In this document: one piece after another, positions 10,552 through 20,050 of the stretch | Layout of the letters: each line of letters starts with the position of its first letter | Position numbering within the stretch: the stretch's first letter is position 1 | Assembly (NCBI GenBank): GCA_965246715.1 | Contig: CBDFFH010000012.1 | Span: 112,875 to 176,874, forward strand | Length of the DNA: 64,000 bases | Source: Chamaesiphon sp. | GTDB taxonomy: Bacteria; Cyanobacteriota; Cyanobacteriia; Cyanobacteriales; Chamaesiphonaceae | Direction of reading: 5' to 3' | Translations under genes and position numbers: made by a program | The notes under the pieces: model-generated | Told to the model about the DNA's origin: nothing | The model's input: the letters and a program-made list of their open reading frames with translations, nothing else | Databases searched by the model: none

Positions 10552-10851
10552 TTAGTAAAGTTGCTCTTCTTGGTGAGTGACGACCGTACAGTCAGACTTA
10601 GGATAAGCAACACAAGTCAGGACGTAACCTGCTTCGATTTGGTCATCGTCCAAGAAGGACTGATCGGATTGGTCGATTTCGCCAGCAGTGACTTTACCAG
10701 CACAAGTAGAACAAGCACCAGCGCGGCAAGAATAAGGTAAGTCAATGCCTTGTTCTTCGGCTGCGTCTAAAATGTAGGTATCGTCAGCTACATCGATAAC
10801 TTTATTTAGACCTTCAGCTTCGTTGATTAATGTAACTTTAAAAGTTGCCAT
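10552..10851 (-). CDS. petF: plant-type [2Fe-2S] ferredoxin
   Basis: MATFKVTL start; [15 protein letters not shown]...VLTCVAYP. Confidence 0.98.
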   Translation of the reverse strand: MATFKVTLINEAEGLNKVIDVADDTYILDAAEEQGIDLPYSCRAGACSTCAGKVTAGEIDQSDQSFLDDDQIEAGYVLTCVAYPKSDCTVVTHQEEQLY

Positions 10852-11110
10852 GTCAGATTGATTCCTCTCTATTTCGATTAAAAATGGCGGATACAGATAG
10901 ATTGCCTGCAATCGTGCGAGATCGTCGCCAGCCTAGATTTGTCGGCAACCGCCATTCGCAGGATCGTCCAGCTCATAGCAGTATTTTCCATCTCTATTTG
11001 AATACTAAGGGAAAACCTCACCATCTGTATCCGTAAGTCCATTTAAAGTCGAACGGTATTCGTAATCAAATTACGGTAATTCATCCTAATTACTTATATT
11101 TCAGGAATCA

Positions 11111-11159
11111 GGGGATAGGGGAATGGGGTTAGGGGTGAGGGCTTAGGGGTTGGGGAATA
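11111..11159 (+). repeat. G-rich heptamer tandem repeat (STRR-like)
   Basis: GGGGATA GGGGAAT GGGGTTA GGGGTGA GGGCTTA GGGGTTG GGGAATA. Confidence 0.85.
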
Positions 11160-11283
11160 GTGGCTCTATTTGGGTAGAAACAAGTGCCCGAGCAGGAGAC
11201 AACCGCTCGAACGCGTGAATGGTGGATGAATTAAGCAGTTATAATACTTATCGCCATCATCACTTCATCCTATTTAACAGCTC

Positions 11284-12300
11284 ATGTCTGAAATCACTAA
11301 TTACGGCGAAATAACTCTTCCCCTAAGAGTTGGATTGGTAGGCACCGGATTTGTCGCCAAATTACGCGCACAAACGATCGCCGCCGAAGCTCGCACTCAA
11401 TTAGTGGCTGTAACTGGGCGAAATGCCAGCCGGACGGCTGAATTTGCCGCTAGTGTCGATATGCAAGCTGTTGCTGATTGGCAGACATTGGTGGCGATGC
11501 CAGACATCGATGCGATCGTCGTTTCGACGATCAATGGCGGTCGCGGAGGCATCGTGCGCGCGGCGATCGCTGCCGGAAAACATACAATTGTCGAGTATCC
11601 AATTTCGCTCGATCCGCAAGAAGCTGCCGAAATTATCGATTTGGCAGCAGCGAAAAAAGTCTTATTGCATGTCGAGCATATCGAACTCTTAGGCGGCTTG
11701 CATCAAACGATGCGTGAATGGTTGGTGCGGCTGGGAGCGATTCATTATGCCCGCTACAGCACGATCGTCCCCCAACGTCCCGCACCTCAAAAATGGACTT
11801 TCGATCGGGTTGAGTTTGGATTTCCCCTCAGTGGGGCACTTTCTCGCTTGCATCGCTTCACGGATTTATTTGGCGCGATCGAGAGCGTCGATTGTCACAA
11901 TCAATATTGGGGTGGTGTGGGTAATTATTTTCAGACTTGTTTATGCACGGCGCAATTACGCTTTAAAAATACTACCGCGATCGGCGAAGTTGTCTACGGT
12001 AAGGGAGAAGGATTGTGGGAAAGTTCCCGCAAGTTTGAAGTCCACGGCGAAAATGGCGCGTTAATCTTTGATGGCGATGCTGGGGTATTCTTGCAAGCCG
12101 ATAGTTCCACCCCGATCGATCTCGGTTCGCGCCGAGGGTTATTTGCCAAGGATTTAGAAATAGTGCTCGACCATTTACTAGAAGGTAAACCAAATTATGT
12201 GACTCCTGCGGCTAGTCTCGCGACACTGCGCGTAGCCGATGCCGCGCGGATCTCCGCCGAAACGCGGCGGACGGCACTCGTGAGAAGTGCCAACGATTGA
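11284..12300 (+). CDS. bvdR: biliverdin reductase (Gfo/Idh/MocA family)
   Basis: VGLVGTG, VEYP, LLHVEHIELLGGLH typical of cyanobacterial BvdR. Confidence 0.8.
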   Translation: MSEITNYGEITLPLRVGLVGTGFVAKLRAQTIAAEARTQLVAVTGRNASRTAEFAASVDMQAVADWQTLVAMPDIDAIVVSTINGGRGGIVRAAIAAGKHTIVEYPISLDPQEAAEIIDLAAAKKVLLHVEHIELLGGLHQTMREWLVRLGAIHYARYSTIVPQRPAPQKWTFDRVEFGFPLSGALSRLHRFTDLFGAIESVDCHNQYWGGVGNYFQTCLCTAQLRFKNTTAIGEVVYGKGEGLWESSRKFEVHGENGALIFDGDAGVFLQADSSTPIDLGSRRGLFAKDLEIVLDHLLEGKPNYVTPAASLATLRVADAARISAETRRTALVRSAND

Positions 12301-12397
12301 AACTGCTCAGAGCTTAGAGATCGGGGTTAGGTAAATTAACAACAATCTACCCGCGTTAGTCAATGATCTAACGGTTCCCAATTGAATGAGGTATATT

Positions 12398-12423
12398 CAC
12401 TAGCCACTAGCCACTAGTCACTA
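12398..12423 (+). repeat. CACTAGC/T heptamer tandem repeat
   Basis: CACTAGC CACTAGC CACTAGT CACTA; same unit at 38904-39111. Confidence 0.8.
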
Positions 12424-12722
12424 AAACTCTTAATAATGCCCTTCACTAGGATGAGAAATGTTAACTTGTAGGGCTGTATTTTATATTCGCCCACCAAGAG
12501 TTACGTTGCTCATTTAGGATCGCGATAAGAGTACCTAAATTGGGACAGTTAGCCAGTTGTCGATCTCAGTCTAAGGATAGATTTGGAAATCGATTGGTAG
12601 GGTTATTCTAGGACAAGAGCTTCGGATCGAGATCGATCGCTACGAGAACATCCTTAGCTCGACGATCGCTTTATTGAGATAGATATTGGCGATGGAAGAA
12701 TAGCAGTATCTAGGAACTAATT

Positions 12723-13490
12723 ATGTCTAAACCAATCAAAGAACATCTTACCGAAAATATCGATAAAGCCAAGGGCGAAGGTAAGCTACGATCGGAAAAT
12801 ATTCGCGGGATCGTTGCTGATGCTGCTTCTCTAACCGCATCAGAGATTAAAGAAGGTGCCGAGCGGATGCGCACGATCGTCAAAGACGCGATTACCTCAG
12901 CGCTTGCTGATGTCAAAGATACGACTAGCGAAATTCCTGAAAAAGTGACGCACTCGATCGAAAATGCGATCGAAGAAAGCACTCGCTACCGCAAAGAAGC
13001 AATTGCCAGTCTTCAGGCCAAGATGCAGGAGATTCAAGCTCAAATTGATGAGCGACAACGACAGTTGGATATGGATATCGAAGATACGATCGTCGATGTC
13101 AAAGCTACTGAAGTTGATGACTCTAGCAAGCTAAATGACGCGATCGACAAAGCTGTAAATAATGTCAAAGAGCGCGAAGAAACGACTTCGCTCAAACAGC
13201 AATACCTCACGCTAAAATTTCAGTTAGCTAATTTGGATGCTAAGTTAGCTGAGCGTTATGGCAGTCGCTACAGCGAAGTCAAGCAACAATTGGAAAATGT
13301 CAAAACGTTGTATGACAAAGCCAAGGCCGAAGCTGAAGCTAGTGGTGTTACCCCCATCCAGTCCAAGCAAACAGAAATCGAACGCAAACTGAGTAGATTT
13401 GCTTCTGCCGCAGTAATTGCCGAACACGAAATCGTTAAATATTTACAGGAAATCTGGAAAAACAAAGGTTTTGATTCTAAACACAAGTAA
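12723..13490 (+). CDS. hypothetical helical/coiled-coil protein
   Basis: 255-aa ORF rich in E/K/A; AGGA RBS upstream. Confidence 0.8.
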   Translation: MSKPIKEHLTENIDKAKGEGKLRSENIRGIVADAASLTASEIKEGAERMRTIVKDAITSALADVKDTTSEIPEKVTHSIENAIEESTRYRKEAIASLQAKMQEIQAQIDERQRQLDMDIEDTIVDVKATEVDDSSKLNDAIDKAVNNVKEREETTSLKQQYLTLKFQLANLDAKLAERYGSRYSEVKQQLENVKTLYDKAKAEAEASGVTPIQSKQTEIERKLSRFASAAVIAEHEIVKYLQEIWKNKGFDSKHK

Positions 13491-13551
13491 TCGACCATCT
13501 GGCCGCGATCGACTTTCATTTTCACAGTTTATTTAGCAACCAACCTACATC

Positions 13552-13725
13552 ATGAACTTAACTAAACTTCTGCTCGGAATTTTAATTCCTCCCCTCGGTG
13601 TATTCTTGACTTATGGCATCGGCCCAACATTTCTCATTAATGTCGGACTGACTTTTTTAGGCTGGATTCCTGGTAGTATCCATGCTGTTTGGGCGATCTC
13701 CAAAGCTGAAGAACAAGCAGGCTAA
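13552..13725 (+). CDS. YqaE/Pmp3 family small membrane protein (57 aa, not in ORF track)
   Basis: manual translation MNLTKLLLGILIPPLGVFLTYGIGPTFLINVGLTFLGWIPGSIHAVWAISKAEEQAG; PPLGV...IN..LT.LGWIPG.IHA signature. Confidence 0.92.
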   Translation: MNLTKLLLGILIPPLGVFLTYGIGPTFLINVGLTFLGWIPGSIHAVWAISKAEEQAG

Positions 13726-13781
13726 TGGCCATTCCCAATCCATGGTAAGCAGCTCTTTTTATTAGTACAAGGAAGGATAAT

Positions 13782-14189
13782 ATGGTTGGATATTTAGTAA
13801 CAATTTTGGCAACTGCACTTGGTTTATTGGTGGTGGATACGATCGTCCCTGGGGTAGATATTGCTAACTTCCCAGCCGCATTAATTGCCGCCGCTGCGAT
13901 CGGCTTAATTAATTCTTCATTGAGACCGACACTTTCATTGCTATCTTTACCGCTCAATTTCGTCACTCTAGGTGGCTTCTCTTTGGTCGTGAATGGCATT
14001 TGTTTTTGGTTAGCTTCGATTTTGGTACCTGGCTTTAGTATGAGTGGATTGGCAGCGTTTATTTTAGCTCCGTTAACTCTGTCTTTTACTAGCACATTCC
14101 TCAATAAGTACTTTGCCGAGAAGGAAGTTGGTAATGTATTGACGGGCAGCAAAAACCCTACGCTAACAGTTAAAGGAGACAACACTTAA
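13782..14189 (+). CDS. four-TM phage-holin-like (YvlD-type) membrane protein
   Basis: GLINSSLRPTLSLLSLPLNFVTLGGFSLVVNG signature; AAGGA RBS. Confidence 0.88.
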   Translation: MVGYLVTILATALGLLVVDTIVPGVDIANFPAALIAAAAIGLINSSLRPTLSLLSLPLNFVTLGGFSLVVNGICFWLASILVPGFSMSGLAAFILAPLTLSFTSTFLNKYFAEKEVGNVLTGSKNPTLTVKGDNT

Positions 14190-14202
14190 AGGTCGACTGT
14201 AA

Positions 14203-14254
14203 TAGATTAAAAAGAGAACTAGGTAGTTAATTACCTAGTTCTCTTTTTAATCTA
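14203..14254. terminator. bidirectional intrinsic terminator
   Basis: TAGATTAAAAGAGAACTAGGTA...TACCTAGTTCTCTTTTTAATCTA between convergent genes. Confidence 0.8.
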
Positions 14255-14390
14255 TGCTAAACATCTATTGATTGTTCGCGATCGGGAAGGGTCCAGAATC
14301 AATTTTTTAAATGGTTTGTGGATGGATTTAACAATTCCTAGGTCTTGATTTGTACTAGCTGCAAAATAAGTAACAGGATCTTTTTTTTAG

Positions 14391-15224
14391 TTACAGTGCT
14401 TGGTATGCGGCTGCGGTGAGCGATCGAATTTCAGCTAAACTCGGTGGTTCGACTAGTTCCGCCGCGGTTGTACTCAGCCATAATAGATACTCGATATTTC
14501 CGGCTGGCCCTGTGAGTGGCGACCATGTTAACCCCCGATAATGCCAACCCAAATCGCTAGCAGCGGCTAAGACCCCGCAAATCGCCCCTGCCTGGGCTGA
14601 TAAGTCTCTAACCACTCCACCCTTCCCGATCGCTTGTCTACCCACCTCAAATTGCGGTTTAACCAGCAATAAGAGTTCTTTTGGCTCTGTTAGCAACAAT
14701 CCCAGTGCGGGCAAAATTTTGGCGATCGAGATAAAGGAGACATCTACTACCGCTAAATCTGGCAGGGTGACAGAATAACAGCCTTCAATCGGTTCCCCAT
14801 AAAGTTCGGCTGGTGTGAGATGGCGAATGTTCGTGCGTTCGCGTAAGATTACCCGATCGTCAGTCCGGATTTTCCAGTCTACTTGTCCGTAGCCGACATC
14901 GATACCATAAACCTGCTTTGCACCAGCTTGTAATAAACAATCCGTAAAACCACCTGTCGAGATCCCCGCATCCAGACAAATTCGATCGAGGATCTCGATC
15001 GGAAATAATTCCAAAGCCTTGGCTAGTTTCTCGCCACCACGCGAGACAAACCGCGCTCTAGCTTTGACTTCAATCTCCGCAGTCAATAAAATTTCCGTGC
15101 CAGCTTTATCAACGATCTCGCCATTGACCCGTACTTCCCCTGCTTGAATCCAGCGTTGTGCCAACTGGCGCGAGCCACAGAGATTGCGTTCTACTAATAG
15201 TAAGTCCAGACGTTGTTTTTTCAA
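14391..15224 (-). CDS. tlyA: TlyA family rRNA methyltransferase
   Basis: S4 domain RLDLLL, VSRGGEKL, DAGISTGGFTD, LVKPQFE, GNIEY. Confidence 0.95.
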   Translation of the reverse strand: MKKQRLDLLLVERNLCGSRQLAQRWIQAGEVRVNGEIVDKAGTEILLTAEIEVKARARFVSRGGEKLAKALELFPIEILDRICLDAGISTGGFTDCLLQAGAKQVYGIDVGYGQVDWKIRTDDRVILRERTNIRHLTPAELYGEPIEGCYSVTLPDLAVVDVSFISIAKILPALGLLLTEPKELLLLVKPQFEVGRQAIGKGGVVRDLSAQAGAICGVLAAASDLGWHYRGLTWSPLTGPAGNIEYLLWLSTTAAELVEPPSLAEIRSLTAAAYQAL

Positions 15225-15312
15225 GCTGCAATGAGGATGCGGGAAACGATTATCGATCTAATTATGAGATCGATTTTGGCACATTAGCCAAAATCGATCG
15301 AGATCGCCCGAA

Positions 15313-15726
15313 CTATCCCATGACCCCATCGCCAGCGAGTAATTGACAATTGGCTGCATACCATAATTGCCACAAGTAGACTTCGACTCGATCGGCTAAT
15401 TGGGTGACAAAGATACCTTCGACCAGCTCCGGTTCGATAAACTCTGCTTGGGTAGAGAGCCAATCTCCACTAAATGCGATCTCCATATGGTCGAGATCGC
15501 AGTGATGGATCGTCACATTTCTCACCCTTTCATCACGTATATACCGCTCGACCTCCGTAACTTTGTCGAGTGGCGCAGGCAAGAGCATTGTCGCGCGTGC
15601 GGTACTTATCGAGAGCGGTTCACCCGTACTGGCTGCAAATCTGCGCCGTTGTTCGACCCAATCTGCTAAGTCAACACTTAACAATTCCAAATGTAAAGCT
15701 GTCTCGGTATAGATAAATTTCAGCAT
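15313..15726 (-). CDS. conserved cyanobacterial hypothetical protein (alr0857-like)
   Basis: MLKFIYTETALHLELL start, GDWL and EGIFV pattern. Confidence 0.75.
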   Translation of the reverse strand: MLKFIYTETALHLELLSVDLADWVEQRRRFAASTGEPLSISTARATMLLPAPLDKVTEVERYIRDERVRNVTIHHCDLDHMEIAFSGDWLSTQAEFIEPELVEGIFVTQLADRVEVYLWQLWYAANCQLLAGDGVMG

Positions 15727-16200
15727 GGGTTTGTATGGATAAATCTTGCTTCCGATCCAACAATTCATCAAGATTGGGAATAATGAATTTTTAAGTGCTG
15801 GCTCATCGCTGTAGCTTAAAGAAAAATTGTGAGGAAATTGTGAGGAGCGATCGAATCAGCCGATTTCATTTTGGGGGTTTTATCGTATCCAAATTTAAAT
15901 CTACTACTCGATCGACAAGCTCTTACCTAGAGCGGAACTATCCGTCTCGATCTAAGCTCATCGCTAGCTTGCCAGTCACCCGCCGCTCGATATACAGGTC
16001 GATTATTTATAGTTATCTACTAGTAGTAACTTCAACAGCCATTTGACTGATTCCGTAAAAAGTCTGTAACTGTTCCGTAATAAAAAATCTACAAGTAGAC
16101 CTACTTGCGGAATAATTAGTGAGGTTTAGAAAATGTTTGCAATTTTCCGCAAAAAATACTACACTAAATACACCACCCTGTCTATTTAAGTCTCGGAGCA

Positions 16201-16566
16201 ATGTCAATCATGCATACACTCAAACGTACGCCCACCACGGAAATGGAAGTTACTAGCATTCGGCTAGAGCGGGAACTCAAGGAGCGTCTCAAAGAAATTT
16301 CTGGTCATCAAGGCTATCAAGCATTGATCCGGGAAGTTCTCTGGAAATACGTGCAGCAAAAATCTGGCGATTACCGCCATCGGTTTACTCCTGATGATAT
16401 CCGCGCTACCGTTGCTGCTACTGCTAATGCAGAAGAGCGTTGTGGCATTACTGGTAAGATTATCAATCCTAACGAACAGATGTTATTGGGTTTAACCAGC
16501 ACAGGTGATTTTATTCCCCTTTCACTCGATAGTCTCACTGCTGTGACTCCCGAGCCAGCTGCATAG
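16201..16566 (+). CDS. ribbon-helix-helix DNA-binding protein
   Basis: VTSIRLERELKERLKEI...GYQALIREVLWKYV; GGAG RBS. Confidence 0.8.
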   Translation: MSIMHTLKRTPTTEMEVTSIRLERELKERLKEISGHQGYQALIREVLWKYVQQKSGDYRHRFTPDDIRATVAATANAEERCGITGKIINPNEQMLLGLTSTGDFIPLSLDSLTAVTPEPAA

Positions 16567-16569
16567 AAA

Positions 16570-16601
16570 AATAGCTCGAAGTCAAACTACTTCGAGCTAT
16601 T
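16570..16601 (+). terminator. terminator hairpin
   Basis: AATAGCTCGAAGT...ACTTCGAGCTATT immediately after the stop codon. Confidence 0.6.
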
Positions 16602-16737
16602 AACACTGGCTATTTGGTAGCAAAGCACATCATTAAAATAAAAACGATCGTCACTCCTGCTGAAATCAGCATTATCGTGACGATCGTTTATTTTATAAAT
16701 CTAGGGAACTGCAACCACTCAATCTAATTAGGAACGA

Positions 16738-17247
16738 TTAGAGATCTCGTTCGCTAATTTCGCGAGTCATGTGGTCGAAAGGTGCATCTACGCAGCTAGT
16801 ATCGGCGATACCCGCCGCGATAACTTCAGCCTTGACCAAATCTTTCATGATTTGGATCCCACGCACTGTGGGGGCGATGGGTACACCTAGAGAGTTATAA
16901 GTTTCGCGCAAGCCTTGCAAGACACGCTCGTCCAAAACATTAGTATCTCCAGCGACGATCGCATAGCTAGCGTAGCGGAGATAATAATCCATATCCCGGA
17001 GACAAGCAGCATAACGACGAGTGGTATAAGAATTGCCACCAGGACGGATTAATTCCGGTAATTCGCCAAATAACACCAAGCTCGCTTTTTTGACGATCGC
17101 AGCTGCATTGGCATTAATTACCCCCGCAGTAGCGATCCGCGCCGCACCAGTATCGAAATAGGATTTTAAGCTATCGATCGCGTTGCGGTCTAAGTAACGA
17201 CCTGTTATATCGTAAGTTTTAATGAGATTTGTTACAGCATCCCGCAT
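16738..17247 (-). CDS. apcF: allophycocyanin beta-18 subunit
   Basis: MRDAVT...YDITGRYLD, RPGGNSYTTRRYAACLRDMDYYLRY; 169 aa. Confidence 0.96.
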   Translation of the reverse strand: MRDAVTNLIKTYDITGRYLDRNAIDSLKSYFDTGAARIATAGVINANAAAIVKKASLVLFGELPELIRPGGNSYTTRRYAACLRDMDYYLRYASYAIVAGDTNVLDERVLQGLRETYNSLGVPIAPTVRGIQIMKDLVKAEVIAAGIADTSCVDAPFDHMTREISERDL

Positions 17248-17358
17248 GAGATAGCTCTCCCAACAATATTCTTTTATCGATTTTTCAGTATCGCAGAAAA
17301 TCGCGACCCTGCGTTATACATGCGTTACAATTCGCAATTGTATTTTAATCTCTAGGTT

Positions 17359-17649
17359 TTAGTAGCGACCGCCAACCAATGGCCGTCCGGTTTTAGCTGC
17401 CTTCCCAGCCGCTCTAGCTCTAGACAAGGGATTAAACCAATCGAAGGCATTCCCTGGTTGCGAAATTACCGTTAATTCCTCGGGATAGCGCGGTTGGGGA
17501 TCGCTTGCCAGAATCACCGGCGGAACTAGCTGGGGATCGTAGCCGATCACCGTATCGATAATCCCTGGTCGTCGTTTGAGTTCGACCTTTTGTCCGGGAC
17601 GATAGGTTAACATTTCGACTGCTTCACTCCATATTGCACGTTCCACCAT
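17359..17649 (-). CDS. small hypothetical protein
   Basis: 96-aa ORF upstream of apcF on the same strand; YDPQLVPPVILASDPQPRYPEEL. Confidence 0.7.
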   Translation of the reverse strand: MVERAIWSEAVEMLTYRPGQKVELKRRPGIIDTVIGYDPQLVPPVILASDPQPRYPEELTVISQPGNAFDWFNPLSRARAAGKAAKTGRPLVGGRY

Positions 17650-17880
17650 TGCTACGATCCCCGTTATACTACTGATTAACTTTACTTATCGATTATAAGG
17701 GTAATTATCCGATCGAAAGTAATATTTGGTCAATTACGATACTTTTTTTTAAGATTTGGGATCGATTTTTTTCAGTTTGCGGCGAGGGGATGGATCTGCT
17801 TCGCTCCGCGATCGGGTTTTGGGCGAGCTTAATGAAGAATCGCGAGATTCTCTATTAAAGCTCGCCCCTACAGAGCCGTA

Positions 17881-19060
17881 CTACGCTTTGAATGTTAAAA
17901 TTGGCTGCATTTTTGCGACCACTTCCACCATTCCCGCAGCTACTTGCGTCTCCACCACTCGATCGATCGACTTATATGCCGCAGGCGCTTCTTCGATCCG
18001 GCGTTCCTCCCGTAAGGTGATGCAATCTACTCCCGTCAAACCTAAATCTGACTCGGTATAATTTGCCCCCGCACGAGTGAGATCGAATCGCGAGATCGCT
18101 CGTCCCGCGCCATGTGCCGCCGAACTAAGGTATCGCTTGTTTCCCAATCCTGAGAGTAGATACGACGGCGTACCCATCGAACCAGGTGTAATCAGCAATT
18201 GTCCGGCTGCTGCCGCACATGCGCCCTTGCGGACGATCCAACTTTCCGGAGCTTTGGGATTGTCTGGAAAGGTGAGGTTGTGGGGGATATCGCAGACTAG
18301 TGGAGCTGCAATATCTCCATAGACTTGCCGCAAGCGCAACCGGAGCAATTCAGCAAGAATCTGCTGGATTTCCACAAAATGATTGCCACCGCCAATGGTG
18401 CCGAGACTACCATCGCGAACCAATCCTGATGCTGGCACCAATTCGCTCGGTGCCCAGCGAGCATTGCCATGGAGAGCACCGAGAAATTGCACTCGATCGA
18501 TCTCCTGCCACAATTGGGTAAAGTCCGAGTTGGCGACGCTCCCCAGGGGTGCTTTCCCCATCTGCTCCAACCAGCAAGGGATGCCATTGTCAAACATCGC
18601 CCGACTGGTAGCTGCTGTCATCGTCACGTCGCGGGTACCTAGGAAGTAATCGCCTTTCATCAAGTTGACGAATTTGTCACGTTGTGCAAGAAAATCGTCG
18701 CGACTGAGATCGACAACGTGCAAGCGCATCCCGCAGTTGATATCGCTCCCGACTGCTGCGGGTACTACCATCCCTTGGGTTTGAATTACCGAACCGATCG
18801 CGACTCCAGCATCACCAGGCAGGAGTAGCAATAGTCCGAGCGACTTTACCGCCACTGGGATGGCTAAGGGTAGTCAGTTGAGCAAGTTGTTGGAAGGCTT
18901 TACCTTCGATCGGAAAATCTGGCGGTAATAGTACTTCTGCTGCTGGTGCATCAGGAACCCGATCTAATCGCACCGTGTAAGTTCGGTTATCGTAACTGAC
19001 ATCCAATCCTTGCTTGGCAAGAGCGCGGAGGAGTCTTTGAGTATTCTTGGGCTGCTGCAT
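17881..19060 (-). pseudogene. rtcB: RtcB-family RNA ligase, frameshifted and internally deleted
   Basis: two ORFs (18812-19060, 17881-18855); DINCG, GGGNHFVE, PGSMG, AHGAGR and EEAPAAYK present; PDxH motif broken by the frameshift and HSGSR segment missing. Confidence 0.88.
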
Positions 19061-19174
19061 AAAAACCTCTCACCAACATTCATATGATGTCGGCAATTAT
19101 CTCTGTATAAGTTGACTGGATGTTTAGCAGCCGCAGTCGATTGTAGTTGAAGGTTTTGGTGATTGAGTTAATGA

Positions 19175-19760
19175 GTGTCTTATCAAATATGCCTTGGAAC
19201 TGTCAGCAGAAGCGATGTTTAATGCCCATTCATACGGGTTTAGACCTAGCAGAAGCTGTCATGACATCCAGAAACAATTATTCAATAATCTGAATTCCAG
19301 TAGTAATGGATTAGAAAAAAGAATTTTGGAATTGGATATTCAAAAGTGCTTCGACAAGATTGACCACAAATTCTTAATGCAATCTGTTCAGCTACAAAAG
19401 GCAGCAAAACAAGGAGTCTTTAGGGCAATAAAAGCCGGAGTTAGAGGAGAATTTCCTTCTTCAGAATCCGGCACGCCTCAAGGTGGGGTCTTTAGCCCAT
19501 TACTAGCGAATGGTTATAAAAAGAGCAATTCCTTCAGTTAGTTGGTCGGCTTGCAAGTTCGTCAGTGTAAAAGGAAATAAATCACCTTATGACGGCGATT
19601 TTGTTTACTGGTCAAAACGGGAAAATGCTAACTACGATGGGATAACGGCACGACTTCTCAAGAAACAGAATCACAAATGTACAGATTGTAATCTATCGTT
19701 TATTTCTGGTGATATTGCGGAACTACACCATATCGACGGCAACCATGACAATTGGAAACC
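19175..19760 (+). pseudogene. group II intron reverse transcriptase/maturase-HNH remnant
   Basis: SYGFRPSRSCHD, LDIQKCFDKIDH, GTPQGGVFSPLLAN, then in another frame VKGNKSPYDGD and C..C...HHIDGNH; no YADD. Confidence 0.88.
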
Positions 19761-19976
19761 GCTGAGGAAGTCGATCTGCCGATCGATCGATTGAATAGTC
19801 GCGAATTAGAAATTCTCCAGCAGATGAAACTCGGTCATAATAACCGCGAAATTGCCGAAATCTTGCACCTGAGCGAAGGTACTGTCAAAAATTACGTTAC
19901 GACCTTACTCTCAAAACTCAATATGCGCGATCGCACCCAAGCTGCACTCTGGGCACAAAAACAACTTTCACAATGA
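19752..19976 (+). pseudogene. C-terminal LuxR/NarL HTH fragment
   Basis: LNSRELEIL...NREIAEILHLSEGTVKNYV...DRTQAALW; no receiver domain; abuts the HNH remnant. Confidence 0.8.
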
Positions 19977-20050
19977 TGAATTGAATCTCGATCCCCCAAC
20001 TCCCCCTACGATCCCCTCTTGGGAGGCACAGGAGAGAATTCTGAATACTT

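Noticed and set aside
13782..14189. Prophage inferred from the holin-like gene
   Set aside because: No other phage genes; this family is a common chromosomal membrane protein
18812..18855. Programmed frameshift in rtcB
   Set aside because: No slippery run, conserved residues are missing at the junction, and a second deletion exists downstream
19175..19794. Active retron, DGR or group II intron
   Set aside because: YADD region missing, frame broken, no intron RNA domain V or template/variable repeat pair recognised
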